64,000 nucleotides of DNA from contig CM059441.1 of NCBI GenBank assembly GCA_030390025.1, forward strand, positions 20,708,001 through 20,772,000, given 5' to 3'. The position numbers and the translations under genes are program-made. Positions 62,246-64,000 of this stretch are shown here, piece after piece. This DNA is from Squalus acanthias. Lineage: Eukaryota. The notes under the pieces are model-generated. The model saw nothing but the letters and a program-made list of their open reading frames with translations. It ran no database searches and had not been told where the DNA came from. How positions within the stretch are numbered: the first letter of the stretch is position 1; each line of letters opens with the position of its first letter.

Positions 62246-62706
62246 AAGAAAGACTTACATTTCTATAGCACCTTTCATGACCACCAGAAGTCCCAAAACG
62301 CTTTACAGCCAATGAAGTACTTTTTGAAGTGTAGTCACTGTTGTAATGTTGGAAACATGGCAGCCAATTTGCGCACAGCAAGCTCCCACAAACAGCAATG
62401 TGATAATGACCAGATAATCTGTTTTTTAGTGATGTTGATTGAGGGATAAATATCGTCCAGGACTCTGGGGATAACTCCCTTGCTCTCCTTTAAAATAGTG
62501 CCATTGGATCTTTTACATCCGCCTGAGAGAGCAGACGGGGCCTCGGTTTAACGTCTCATCTGAAAGACGGCACCTCCGACAGTGCAGCGCTCCCTCAGCA
62601 CTGCACTGGAGTGTCAGCCTGGATTTCTGTGCTCAAGTCTCTGGAGTGGGTCTATGAACCCACAACCTTCTGACTCAGAGGTGAGGGTGCTACCAACTGA
62701 GCCACG
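62246..62706 (-). mobile_element. Deu-domain SINE
   Basis: Full-length family copy. Confidence 0.8.
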
Positions 62707-63908
62707 GTAGAAAGCGAAGTCGATGGATCTTGGTCATTTTTTTTGTCTAGCAACTCCTATGTTTCTAAACTCAGCCGGAGGCTAATCCTTTATATCACTG
62801 GCAAGTCATGAAAACTGAGTGTGCATTGACTGCACAGTCTTCATCTGACTCTGGTATTGCTCTATAACTTAGACCTTAAGTATCAAGCAAGCCCCTATAT
62901 TGACAGTTTTTCGAGAATCCCAGTCTGACGTGCTCTTGCTTACTCCCGAGTTATGCAGTGGAAAGCACTCAACTGCATGAATGTCGTATCACACTGAGAC
63001 CCAAATTAAATCAACACATACCTATTAAATTACAAAATTGTCTTACTGCTACAAACTGTTAAGATGTGCTATTAAGCAGAGTTATGGCAAATATTACAAG
63101 CGGTTTTGGTCAAGGATTTTTCGTTATTGCAGTTCGAGGATGTGGTTGACATGTGAAATACAGAATTACAGTTGCAGTGTGGAAACTACATTTCCCTAAA
63201 GCTCGTAATTAAACTTGTATCACAAATAAGGTAACAATTCCACCGTTAAAAATTGCAGTCTTGTCATTTTAAGTTCTTTTTCTGGTTTCAATGGCTGTAG
63301 TCTCAGAAATACATAGAAATCACACTGCCGATCACTCCTATCTCTTGGGGTTTCTGCTAGTTATGAGGGGTATTTTACGAATTCTTGCTCCTGGCTTTGC
63401 CCATTGGGAGCACATATTGAAAATTTGGGTTGGCAGTGCCCACCATTCTCCGACCAATCATTTTAATGGTCAGAATTTGGGCCTGAATTACTGATACGCG
63501 CTTCTCGTCACTCACTAGGACCGCAGACTTGTAAAGTTACCACTGCCGAGTTAGAATTAGTTAGGTGAAGGCTGGAGTTCAGGAGCATAAATACATGAAC
63601 TGTGTCTCTATATTAATGCATGAACAGCGTTTCCCACATTACAACAGTGACTACACTTCAAAAAAGTACATCATTGGCCGTAAAGCCCTTTGGGACGTCT
63701 GGTGGTCGTGAAAGGCGCCGTATAAACAAAGTGATTATCTGCACGAACATTTTCGTGGCCTTCTGCGCATGTGCACGGTATACCAGAGCCACGCATGCGC
63801 ATCTGACCCCGCCCCCGCCCACGCGCTATTTAACAAGGCTGTGCATGCGCGGCACCCAACAGTTGCGGCCTGCAGTGCAGCGCGGGCCGCGATTTCTTGA
63901 AGCTCCAT

Positions 63909-63910
<2 letters not shown>

Positions 63911-63939
<29 letters not shown>
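63911..63939. repeat. (GA)n microsatellite
   Basis: Directly visible. Confidence 0.9.
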
Positions 63940-63942
<3 letters not shown>

Positions 63943-64000
63943 ATCGGAGGGGGAGAGGAGGTCAGGAACTTGGGCGAGGGGTGGGAGAAGGTTTTGACCC

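Overview
Vertebrate genomic DNA, most likely a shark or other cartilaginous fish. This is inferred from the repeat landscape: Deu-domain tRNA SINEs, CR1 and L2 LINE fragments, Penelope-like elements and Harbinger elements. Two tandem minus-strand genes of the CD300/pIgR/TREM V-set receptor family can be built by hand from GT-AG sites with consistent phases. Gene A is complete: signal-peptide exon 48730-48778, three near-identical 330-nt IgV exons (34830-35159, 32095-32424, 29216-29545), a Thr-rich stalk 22945-23005, an uncharged TM exon 15263-15369, a 56-nt cytoplasmic exon 12927-12982 and a terminal exon 4469-4597. It gives 463 aa if all three V exons are used. Gene B is partial: TM 60056-60156, a 56-nt exon 57039-57094 and a terminal exon 54178-54369 carrying an ITIM (VTYATV) and an ITSM (TEYSTI). 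The main observation is that gene A looks like a disarmed, re-purposed paralogue of inhibitory gene B. Its terminal exon aligns without gaps over 63 codons to gene B's, but the ITIM Tyr and the ITSM Tyr are replaced and a premature TAG leaves the old ITSM as a fossil in the 3' UTR. It carries an NPVY/YNAM motif absent from gene B, and its single V exon was recently triplicated in a ~2.8-kb tandem array whose history can be read from the sequence. Also present are a full-length but frameshifted PIF/Harbinger transposon with TIRs and a TAA TSD, Harbinger MITEs, and Penelope-like insertions with TSDs and minimal hammerhead ribozyme motifs. All gene models are manual predictions without expression evidence, and repeat boundaries are approximate unless a TSD is quoted.
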